Shown here: positions 1 to 10,515 of the stretch, in pieces
Position numbering within the stretch: position 1 is the first letter of the stretch
Layout: every line of letters starts with the position of its first letter
Origin: Octopus sinensis
Lineage: Eukaryota
Direction of reading: 5' to 3'
Length of the DNA stretch: 64,000 nucleotides
Assembly: GCF_006345805.1 (NCBI RefSeq)
Contig: NC_043003.1
Location: 113,460,001 to 113,524,000 of the forward strand
Program-made: the position numbers and the translations under genes
Notes under the pieces: generated by a model
The model's database searches: none
What the model was told of the DNA's origin: nothing
The model's input: the letters and a program-made list of their open reading frames with translations, nothing else

Positions 1-90
1 AGCGTCTTCAGCCTTTCTTCATAAGACAAATGCTTGAGACCAAGAACCATGCAGGTAGCCAGCTTCTGGACTCTTTCGGGTCCACATATA
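1..90 (-). mobile_element. CR1-clade LINE reverse transcriptase C-terminal fragment, running off the window edge
   Basis: Minus strand translates ERVQKLATCMVLGLKHLSYEERLKT, matching the CR1 motif LERVQRRATKM..GL..LSYEERL. Confidence 0.75.
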
Positions 91-117
91 TATGCTCGCA
101 CACATTGGGCATCACAG

Positions 118-608
118 AGGCAATGGCTTGTGACCAAGACCTTTGGCAATATGCTCATTGAGAAGAGCCATCGAGCTGAGTGAAACCGTAGTCATGGCTG
201 ATGTGCGTGTCATGTAAGTGGCACCGATGTTGGTGGCACAATGAAGGCACTTGTCGACTGTTGAGTCTCAAGGAGGCAATGTGGCCAATGCTAGTGTCAC
301 ATAACCAGCACCTGTGCTGGGGGCATGTGAAAAGCCCCTTTCAAGCACTGGGCCCCACAGAGACAGTGACAAGTGAGCGAGATCTTTGGCAATATGGCGT
401 GCTTGAGATGAAGACCCATGAAACCAAGTGAAATTGAACAAATGGCAGACACTGGTTCCATGCAACTGGCACTGAGTGGTTGGTGTTAAGGAGGGCACAC
501 AGCCATAGAAATCATGCCAAATCAGATTGGAGTCTGGTGCAGCCCCTCAGCTTACCAGCCCTGCCCAAACCAACCAACATATGCCAGCATGGACAATAAA
601 TGATGATG
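118..608 (+). mobile_element. RTE-type LINE 3' UTR, 5'-truncated copy (family C)
   Basis: Similar to the sequence following the RTE ORF relic at 33040-33415 (gaggcaatg..gacctttggcaatatg..gagaagacc..., cagccatagaaa..gccaaatcagattggag..ggtgcagc); ends in (GAT)n. Confidence 0.7.
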
Positions 609-727
609 ACATACATTATATACATATATATATGCATGTGTGTGTGTGTATATATACATACATATATATGTACATATACATACATGTGTGTGTGTATATA
701 TATATATATATGCATACATACATGTAT

Positions 728-1445
728 GCTAAATTGGCAATGAAATGTAGGCGGCTGACCAGATGGATTCTTAGAGCTTTTAGAACAAGAGACCAGGAAA
801 CCATGATGGTCCTCTGGAGGACGCTTATCCTAAGCCACTTTGACTATTGCTCTCAGCTATGGTCACCATCCAGTGTCAAATTAATCACAGAACTTGAGGC
901 AATCCAACGAAGCTACACGAAGAAGATAGCCTCTATGCAGCATATAAGCTATTGGGAAAGACTCAAGAGATTAAGACTCTATTCCTTATAGCATAGGCGG
1001 GAAAGATCTGCCATAATATACATCTGGAAGATCCTGGAAGTACTTGTCCCAAACTTTGGTATCGAGAGTTACACAAATACTAGAACTGGGCACCAGTGCA
1101 TAGTGCCAAGGACTCCAAATTTGTCATCAAGATGTAGGACAAGATACTGTGATAGCCTGGGCTTCAGAAATCCACAGCTCTTCAATATCCTCCTGAAGGA
1201 CCTTAGAGACCTGCATGGGGTAGATGCAGATGTCTTTAAAATAAAGCTGGACCTCTTCCTTTTAGGTGTCCCAGATGAACCAACTTCACGGCAGGAGGTG
1301 CAGATGAGGGCAGCTGCATCGAACTCTCTCATGCACCAAATGTCAATTGCTAAAAAGCATTTGTTAAGTAAAATCATGTAGCAACACCGAATGGCGGTGC
1401 CCCAGCATGGCCACAGCTCGTGAGCTGAAACTAGATGAAAAGATG
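728..1445 (+). pseudogene. CR1-clade LINE ORF2 C-terminus plus 3' UTR, 5'-truncated and disrupted
   Basis: ORFs 527..991 and 1103..1381 give WILRAFRTRDQETM..LSHFDYCSQLWSP..ELEAIQRSYTKKI..ISYWERLKRLRLYSL*HRRER..FNIL..FKIKLDLFL..VPDEP, a typical CR1 RT tail with a premature TAG at 989-991. Confidence 0.85.
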
Positions 1446-1480
1446 AAAAAAAAAAGAAAAGATGTATATATATGTATGTT

Positions 1481-1515
<35 letters not shown>

Positions 1516-2208
1516 GCATACATGCTCTGTATGTATACACATACACACATATATATATATACATGCATACACACATATATACATGCATACATATATGTAT
1601 ATATATATATATGCATATTCATATATATCCATACATACATTATGTATATATTTACATACATATATACATGCATGCACACACACATGCTCACACATGCATA
1701 TGTATGTGGGGCAGACATGGTGTAGAATTTAAATTTAAAGGATTATATATCTTGACTAAGTGTTTGTTTTAGAATAAAAATTTCAAAGTTCACAGAAATT
1801 AACTTCCCTGCAATGAATTCGCAAATAATTTCCAATCTGACATTGTTTTATCCTCATTACATTTTGGGGGTTTTCTCTATTACTGGTCTTCAAAAGACTT
1901 GCACAGTTTTAATGAACTCCTCACATGAGGGATTTGTGTGTTATGAAGATTGATTTGTTAGGAAATAACCACCACTGGGTAGTTTTTCAAGAAGAGCTCA
2001 TCAAAGTCAACTATCATAACCTATATTCTAAATGTGAATGAATATTCTAAACTTAAGATAAGAATGAACACTAAAAAAACAAGGACTGTTCTCAGGAAAC
2101 ATACGGAAGAAAGAACACAGGTTTTGTTGAACTAAAATCAAAGGAATTTTACTTTATGATATTATTTTAAAACCATAATGCCAAGAACACAACAATAACA
2201 ATAATAAT

Positions 2209-2619
2209 AATGCAGTACCAGGCACTGGCTCTCATAGCTTCTCAACTTAACTGATTGGAAATGCTGTCATGTACCATTTTCATCTTGGTAGAAAAGATAG
2301 GCTACAACGAATATTCTGCTCAATACTACAGACTTGCTTGTCAGTTACTTGACCTTAACCATATGAGCATATCTCTGGTTGGCTGACAATATGCACATCT
2401 CTGATCACAAGCAGTAGTGAGGGATGAGCTAAGTGATTTGGAGAAAATTCTAAATGGGTCCCATTGCTTATCTTGATATGAAATCACCATAGCATGTACA
2501 TATGGTTTGGGTGCATGTGCCTGGTGCACCCTTATCAGACAGGTAGTCATGATGGGTATATTGGGCTCTGTATATTTTACCCTGGTATCTCTTTGATGGT
2601 ATGCACTGCTCTCTCACTT
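2209..2619 (+). mobile_element. Dispersed non-coding retroposon fragment (family D), flanked by AAT-type repeats
   Basis: Its 3' part (aaaattctaa..ggg.cc, gtagtcatgatgggta, ttgatgg.at..actgctct.tcact) recurs at 8385-8610; both copies end in an AAT-type tract. Confidence 0.6.
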
Positions 2620-2639
2620 GATAATGATAGTACTAATAA

Positions 2640-3245
2640 TAATCCTTTTGGGGGAAGGGGACAGTCGATTACATCAACCTCAGTTCTCAACTGATACTCA
2701 TTTTATTAACCCCAAAGGGATGACAAGTAAAATCGACTCCACCGGAATGTGAACTCAGAATGTAAAGATGGATGAAATACTGCTAAGCATTTTGTCTGAC
2801 ACACTAACATTTCTGCCAGCTTGCTACCTTATGATAACAACAAGAACAATATTGATCCTTTCTACTCAAGGCACAAGGCCTGAAATTTTGGGAGAGGGGG
2901 ACAGTCAATCGCATCGACACCAGAACTTGACTGGTACTTAATTTATCAACCCTGGAAAGATGAAAGGCAAAGTTAACCTCAGCAGAATTTGAACTCAGAA
3001 TGTAGTGGCAGATGAAATACCTATTTCTTTACTACCCACAAGGGGCTACACAGAGAGAGGACAAACAATGACAGACAAACAGATTAAGTCGATTATATCG
3101 ACCCCAGTGCATAACTGGTGCTTATTTAATCGACCCCGAAAGGATGAAAGGCAAAGTCGACCTCGGCGGAATTTGAACTCAGAACGCAGCGGCAGATGAA
3201 ATACCACTAAGCATTTTGACCAGCATGCTAACGATTCTATGGCAG
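2640..3245 (-). mobile_element. Three stacked tRNA-derived SINE copies (family B) with a Deu/Nin-like central domain
   Basis: The minus strand shows a B box (GAGTTCAAATTCC) and the central motif GACTTTGCCTTTCATCCTTTCGGGGTCGATTAAATAAG. Copies at about 2640-2830, 2850-3020 and 3020-3245. Confidence 0.8.
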
Positions 3246-3806
3246 TTTTCATGGTATGGGCTTTGTTTTCCTACTGTTGTTGTTGTTGTTGTTGTTGTTG
3301 TCACTGGTGCATTAATGATATCACATTGCATGGGTTAACAACCAATAAATCTATATATTATGGAGTAAAGTTAGCAGCTGAGCTGGAGAACTGGCAAACG
3401 AACAGTTTCTTTCATTACATAATGAAAAAGTTATATGCTGGGGAAGTGGTCTGAGGAATGTTGTATAATTTTAGGAACAGGTCAACAAACATGAGCCAAA
3501 GGTAACTGGGGAAAGGACCATAGCTCAGCTGTACAGGATGTTGCTTTAGTTTGATTTTAAAAAAAAGGGCATTGGGGAAAACAAAATGAGAATAAATACA
3601 TGGTGCGGGGAAGGGGGTGTCCAAGAAATTGGGTCAAGGAAACCAGATATGTAATATATGCATACATATAGTATGGTGATATATAGATAGTATATATGAT
3701 AAAATATATATATACGTATGATAGAAATAATAAAAACAGGAAGAAAGTATTTGCATGAAAAAACAGGGTTTTGCAAGAAAGTGAAAGAGAGAGTTTGATA
3801 CTTGAG

Positions 3807-3851
<45 letters not shown>

Positions 3852-4541
3852 ATGTGTGTGTGAATGTATATATGAAAATGTATGATAAAAACAAGACACA
3901 GGTCATATCATTTGTTGCCAGCATAGACAGGGAACAAACAATATTACTGCATCTTGTGTTTTATCACACATTCTCCTATATTTCTTCTCCATAATACTAT
4001 CAAGGGCAGTAGATACTCAAAGAGGACCAGAGGATTATACTCTATGTAGAGCATAAAAATTAGATAATACAAAGAAACACAGCGACTAAAAGGAATCAGT
4101 CAAGGGACGTAAATCTAATGGACTTCAAGGCAGATTTCATCTAGCTTGTTTTTGACTAATTTTCAACCCTTACTTTCATTCCAGTTTATTTAAATCACTG
4201 AAGCTATCAGAGGAGATGTAGGGTTTTCAAACTTCCAGTGAAAAAGAGCCCAAACAATACTGACTCTTTCTTACAACCATAACTTAAAAACTGCTAATTT
4301 ATCTTTCCTCAACTGAAAAGTGCTTCCAACGTGAAACCATTTTTCTTCATGAATCAGTTGGTTTGAGAATTCATGACACTACACAAATAATATACATCGA
4401 AATAAATGTAGTGGTAGATATACATACATACATATAACATTGCACACACATATTTATGTAGCCACATCTATGTAAACACAAACACACCAACATATAAATA
4501 TGCATATATAAGCATTTATACATAACTGTATACATATGTAT

Positions 4542-4684
4542 ACTGTATACATATATACTGACTGGGACCATAATCGCCTGAAAACATCGAGATATATATA
4601 TATATATTATATATATATATATGAATTTATATATTTTGAAGTTTTCAGGCGATTATGGTCCCAGTCAGTATATATGTATACAGT
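4542..4684. repeat. Perfect 44-bp inverted repeat around a (TA)n spacer
   Basis: 4542-4585 actgtatacatatatactgactgggaccataatcgcctgaaaac is the exact reverse complement of 4641-4684. Confidence 0.95.
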
Positions 4685-4864
4685 TATGTGCTTTCACTAC
4701 AGCATTAGAGTATTTTAGCTCTTATTTCTAGCAATGTAGGTGTTTCTAATACCTTAGTTACATTTAGTGACAATCATAGTTTTCCTTTTTGGTAAAACAT
4801 TGTAGACTGCTGTCTATATTAATCTTCTGTGTGTGTGTGTGTATGTATGTATATATATATATAT

Positions 4865-4909
<45 letters not shown>

Positions 4910-5000
4910 AATAATGAGAGAGATAAATTGAATATTAATTTAATTAATATCAATTTAAAACAAGTAGCCTAGCATATAAAAAATCTGAAAATCAGAAAAA

Positions 5001-5036
5001 ATTTCAATACATGTGTATATATACACATGTATTGAA

Positions 5037-5038
<2 letters not shown>
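5001..5038. repeat. Perfect 38-bp palindrome
   Basis: atttcaatacatgtgtata|tatacacatgtattgaaat. Confidence 0.9.
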
Positions 5039-5077
<39 letters not shown>

Positions 5078-5124
5078 TTTATCGACATATATCAAGATTT
5101 GCACATATGTATTTGTTATATCTA

Positions 5125-5515
5125 TCATCATTTAATGTCCACTTTTCGGTACTTGATGGGTCTGACAGAACTTGTTGAGGCAGGCTCTTTTCTACAGCTG
5201 AATGCTCTCCCCATCACCAACCCTCACCTGTTTCCTAGCAACGGAGTATTTTCCATGGTTAGACATGTTTTACATGGAAAACTTGAAATGAATGACAACA
5301 GTCTATGATGAAGATGCTTGTGTACAATGATCATGTGATATCAACACAGGGGTACACACACATGCAAAGACCTTCTTACAGTTTCTGGCTACCAAATTCC
5401 CTTATGGGGCTTTGATCACCTGGCACTATAATAGGGGACACCTGCTGAAACAGCCATAGAGAAGTATTGAAACAGTGTAGCTGGATTTCCAGCTTCTTAC
5501 CACACAGCCACACCA
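5125..5515 (-). mobile_element. tRNA-head SINE with RTE-type tail (family A2), diverged
   Basis: Reverse complement of the head (cttcttaccacacagcca at 5493-5510) and of the tail (ttctacagctgaatgctctccccatcaccaaccctcacctgtttcc). Confidence 0.6.
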
Positions 5516-5532
5516 ACACTGAGAGAATAAGT

Positions 5533-5850
5533 TTGGCTGTGTGGTTGAGTATTCCATTTCCTTATCACTTGATTATAGGTTCAGTCCCACTGTTGTGTGT
5601 GTGTCTCCTTGTCTTGACATCGCATCATAATTTCATATGATTGTCAGTCATACAAGCAATATCATTCGTTTCTAATATTTTGTGTAAACATATCTGGTCA
5701 GAGTGAAATGTTACCTAGCTTGGAAACAAAGTGAGGTTTGGCAACAAGTGGGGGACTGGGGGTGGGGGCATCCAGCCATAGAAAATCTGCCTCTAAAAGC
5801 TACATCCAACCAATACATACATGGGATAGTGAACATTAGAACGATGTAGA
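5533..5850 (+). mobile_element. tRNA-head SINE with RTE-type tail (family A2)
   Basis: Head ggctgtgtggtt..ggttcagtcccactg, body ccttgtcttgacatcgcat, tail gcatccagccatagaaaatctgcctc..gaacattagaacgatg. Confidence 0.65.
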
Positions 5851-6144
5851 TTACGGGGCACACCCACACACACAGACATATACATAAGTATATATATGAG
5901 TGTATATATATGTTTGTGTGTATATATATATATATATATATAAAGGAATTTTGTTAACATCTTCGTTCGACTCCATTCTTTCATTTATTCATATACAACA
6001 CACAAATTTCTTCACATAAACCCGGAGTTTCTACCCTTGACAGGTCGCTTCAACTGTGTTTTCTGGTGTGAATTTGCTACCCAGGTTTCGGTTTAACGAA
6101 TTTTCCATGCTGACGATAAACATAGAATAATTCATTTACCTACT

Positions 6145-6183
<39 letters not shown>

Positions 6184-7169
6184 TTATGAATGTACCTACA
6201 TGGATCATATGGTAATGTGGTTAGTGGTTTAAGAAGCCTGTTTTAGTGTTTAGATTATTTTAAGATGAATAATGCATAAATTTATTAAATTTTATGGATT
6301 TGACTGCAATGAGAGAGAGAGAGAAATGTTTGTATTAAAAATAATGGTACAAAATTAGGGTAGGCAATGATTACATTTGTCTTCAATGCTTTCCCAGAAA
6401 AATACAAAAACAAGTCAAAAAGTTTTATAATCTGTACACTTGATGCGAAAGTAAAAACAGAGTAACCATTGAAGAAAGAAGAGGCATGTATTGAAAAACA
6501 AATAAATTGATAAATACACACAAGAATGGATGTCATACAGTTGAGTGTTAGAAAGAGAAGAAGTGGAGAATTAAACAAGAATATTCTGGCCAGAACAAAG
6601 TTGAAAATTATATTTTATACTGAATTTTCCTTGTTTTTCTTCTTCATTTCCTTTCTACATTTTTTTCTTCTTCTGTGTGTTCTCTTTTTTTTCCTTTGTG
6701 AATTCATTCAATCCTCATCCTACCCCTCCGAATCATGTTGACATACAATCGACTCTTCAGGGAACTGAAGTGGGCAAGTGAACCCATCGGAATTTTCAAT
6801 TTTAGGCACACATTTTAATATTTGTTGTTATAAACACACACACACATAGATGCAGTTGTTGAGATGTCACATAAGAGATGATAAATAAATTATTACAACA
6901 GAAATACTTATAATCATAAAAATCATAAATTTCGTTTCTTGTTCACAAAGTTTTGAGTATTTTAATGATAGAAAATAAAACTCAAATTTAGAGGGATTTT
7001 AAATAAAGATACCAAACATTTTGTGATGATAATGATGATGTTGGGGATAATTGTTTATATAACAATGATGATAACATGATGGAATTTGTAATAAAAAAAA
7101 CATAAGAAGTTAGAAAACAAGAATTATTTTCTTTATGAAAGCTAATGTAAACAAATGTGATTTTTAAAC

Positions 7170-7207
<38 letters not shown>

Positions 7208-7596
7208 CTAGGAAAAAATACAAGTATTTTCTTCTACCATAGTGATGACTTGTAGATTCTAGAATTAATCTTAATAACATAGTGACACAAACTATTGAAT
7301 TCTTTGCAATATATTAAGCATACAGATGTACATATGCAATGAATTTATATTTTTTGTGAAATATTTTTTCAATGACAAGATGTGAGGTTCAATGCCAATG
7401 TGAAGTATCTTGAATGAGTGGTTTTCAGCCTTAATTCAAGACAACCCTGACGTTGTGAGTGATGTCAGAGAGATGGAGACTATGCAGAAGCCTATTGAAA
7501 GATAGTGTCTTGTTTCACAATGTTTCATGCTGATTTTGTCATAGAAATATCTTTGAAGAATTCATTTGTCAGCAGAATACTCAGTCTCTTTTTTTT

Positions 7597-7798
7597 TCTT
7601 ATTTGTTTCAGTCATTTGACTGCGGCCATGCTGGAGTACCACCTTTAGTCGAGCAAATTGACCCCAGGACTTATTCTTTGTAAGCCTAGTACTTATTCTA
7701 TCGGTCTCTTTTGCCAAACCACTAAGTTACAGGGACATAAACACACCAGCATTGGTTGTGAAGCGATGTTGGGGGGACAAACACAGACACACAAACAT

Positions 7799-7842
<44 letters not shown>

Positions 7843-7990
7843 GACAGGCTTCTTTCAGTTTCTGTCTGCCAAATCCACTCACAAGGCTTTTGTCGTAGAA
7901 GACACTTGCCCAAGATGCCACACAGTGGGACTCAACCCGGAACCATGTGGTTGGTAAGCAAGCTACTTACCACACAGCCACTCCTGCGCC
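7597..7990 (-). mobile_element. tRNA-head, CORE-like SINE with CR1-type tail (family A1), near full length
   Basis: Reverse complement closely matches 60836-61250. Confidence 0.85.
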
Positions 7991-8384
7991 TATCATTGAA
8001 ATATTAATTAAGAGAGGAGTCAGTAGAAATTCAGTTGATCAGTTATTAGCTGCTCTTGATTGAAACCCATGAAGAGAGAGAAAGAGAGAGTCATTTATTT
8101 TGAGAAATAATCCAGAAATAAGCCATTTCATGTTTTAGCAAACTCAGGTGACATCAACTCAAAAACTGAGTGAATGAAAAACCCAAGTCTCTTAGGTTGA
8201 AACTTGAATCGCAACACATACACAGGGAGGATTCCAACAACAAGGAAAGGTTATCATTGCTGAGATTATATTAGTCTCTTGCTAACAGTAGCCAACTCAT
8301 ATCTTCTCAAATGTCCTCTCTCCAATGACTCAAAGTGAATGATGGAGATGTGAGAGGACAGAAAATAATCATAATTTAAACAAC

Positions 8385-8800
8385 CTTTTATGAAGGACCT
8401 TTCGAAGAAAAATTCTAAGTGGACCCTCACCTGTAAGATCCTGCACTGATCTTTAAGTTGATATGTGGTCACCATATTGCACAGATATGGTTGTGATACA
8501 TATGCCTAGCATACCCTTAGTCATGATGGGTAGTCATGATGGGTAAAATGTGTTTCAAATATTAGTACACCAGTGTCATTTTGATGGCATATACTGCTCT
8601 GTCACTAAATAATAATAATAATAATAATATAATAATAAGGCACAAGGCTTGAAACTTAGGGGAGGGGCATAATCAATTACATTGACCCTAAAACTCAACT
8701 GGTAACTTCGGATAGCATAAAAACAAAGTCAACCGCAGCAGAATTTGAACCTGCATCACAAAGAGCCGGAAGAAATGCTGTGAAGTATTTTGTCAAATAT
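8385..8800. mobile_element. Family D fragment (+, 8385-8610) joined tail-to-tail through (AAT)n to a family B SINE (-, 8636-8800)
   Basis: Same D-(AAT)n-B arrangement as at 2209-2830. Confidence 0.65.
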
Positions 8801-9009
8801 GCTAAACATGACGAATGTTTGGGAAGAAGGTTGACAGATTCTGTTCTGTCCAGAACAAGACTGTTGCTTATCTTAGTGTGACAAAATGACAAAGCAAATA
8901 TCAACTCCGAGTAGAGTTTTAACATTATCTACATACTGTAATGAATTTTAAGATGGCTGTTTTACAATCTCTATCTAACTCAGTCCTCCTCCTCCCTTTC
9001 TCCACTGCT

Positions 9010-9160
9010 ACTTATTATAATAAGGGTTCCAAATTTTAGCACAATGTCTAGGGAAGGGGTTAGTTGATCACACTGATCCTAATATTCGACTGGCAATGTA
9101 TTTCAGTGACCCTCAAAAAGATGAAAAGCAAAATTGATCTCGGCAGAATTTTAAGTCAAT
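9010..9160 (-). mobile_element. Diverged family B SINE
   Basis: aattttagcacaatg..ggggttagttgatcacactgatcc..gatgaaaagcaaaattgatctcggcagaattt. Confidence 0.6.
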
Positions 9161-9839
9161 TTAGTCTCATTTGCTGACAAATTTTAACACTAATAATAAT
9201 TATTTCTAATACAAGCAGAAGGTAAGAGAGAGAGGGGGTTATGGATTAATTGTTACTTCGTATATGACTGAGACTTTATTTTCTTGGCTCCTCAATAAAG
9301 GTAAACTTCATGTCAGTGCAGTTCAGCTCAGAAATAGTAATGATTCTGAATAAAACCAGGTTGATGTCACTTGGTTGTCCATTTTGTTGTGGAAATGTAA
9401 TGACTCAGCAGATTTATAAATGTTCTGAATTATTGTGTTTTCACAGCATGAAACTATTAGTAGCTCATACTTAAACACTGTCTATATGGAATATTATATA
9501 CACATGTATATATATATATATATACATGTGTGTATATATATAAACATAATATACATATATGAATATGTATTAATTAAAATCAGAAGTGAGAGCTAAAATA
9601 TATTTATTCTCTATGTTCACAGCTGTTTTACAATCCACGTGCAGTTACACCATTGATATTCATTTTCACTTCCATTTCAGTTGTATACACTTCACAAATG
9701 CCTTACATATATGTATATATGCACACATATATTCGTATAGTAGCATAATGATGCTCTGAGCAGATTTATTCATCAGGACAAATTACGGGCATTAAATAAT
9801 TAAATTTTTTGCATGACCTTTACCCCCGCCTCCAAAACA

Positions 9840-10515
9840 AAAGTACTATGATAAAGTGATATGGGATACAATACCATTTACTCTGAATTTAAAAATTTTT
9901 GTATGCTGGAGCGTTCTTAAGTTAGTTGATAATCACTTCCCCCACATACATAGATACAAGAAAATATTTAACACAACCTTGAGTATTTCTTTTAGGTGGG
10001 CTCCTAGTATCAAGAATATACTACTAAGCAGGCCTAAGTCTGAAATAGAGGTAAGCTGTTCATGCAGAAGTAGCAACCATATGTCCAATTGTAATACAAA
10101 AACCATTGTGTATGACATGGAGATGGCACCAAAAGATCCAAATGGAGCAACAGATGCATGGAAGTTATGTTACTACATTCAACAACAAGCTTTGGTTTAA
10201 CGCCTCAGTGTGGAAAATGTTACATCTATGGCAATGCATAATGTAGACAAGAAAGGGAAATGCGATGTGTTATAAAATCAAATGGAGGATAGTGAAAAAA
10301 GGTAAATCTTACTTTTGATGGTAGTAAGAGGCACAGATTCTGCTTCAGTGAGAAAAGGGTCATGTTAAAAAAAACCTTTCCTCCCTGGTACCAACTTTAA
10401 GTGTAAGAGTGAGCAAAGATGTGTCCTCACATACTGCCAAAAGGCACCATGAATATAGGAAACAGGGCATCCTCTCACAAAAATCTAAGGAATTAATGAC
10501 TTGCCAAACTCTGGT
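9840..10515 (+). pseudogene. Penelope-like retroelement relic: RT thumb/linker through GIY-YIG endonuclease C-terminus
   Basis: ORF 9856..10200 (IWDTIPFTLNLK..LKLVDNHFPHIHRYKKIFNTTLSISF..SCSCRS..NCNTKTIVY) resembles the PLE motif IIWFNPP..N..FL.LIDKHFP..H...KIFNRNT.KISYSC..CNC..C....IVY; ORF 10409 has LSQKSKELMTCQT, resembling LNKRSEL...CRH. Recognised from family motifs, not from a search. Confidence 0.7.

Noticed and set aside
1069-1772. Many long ORFs rich in YI/IY/CV/HT (also about 19000, 20100, 38470, 46800, 57900, 62550)
   Set aside because: They are translations of (TA)n, (CA)n and (TG)n microsatellites, which lack stops in some frames.
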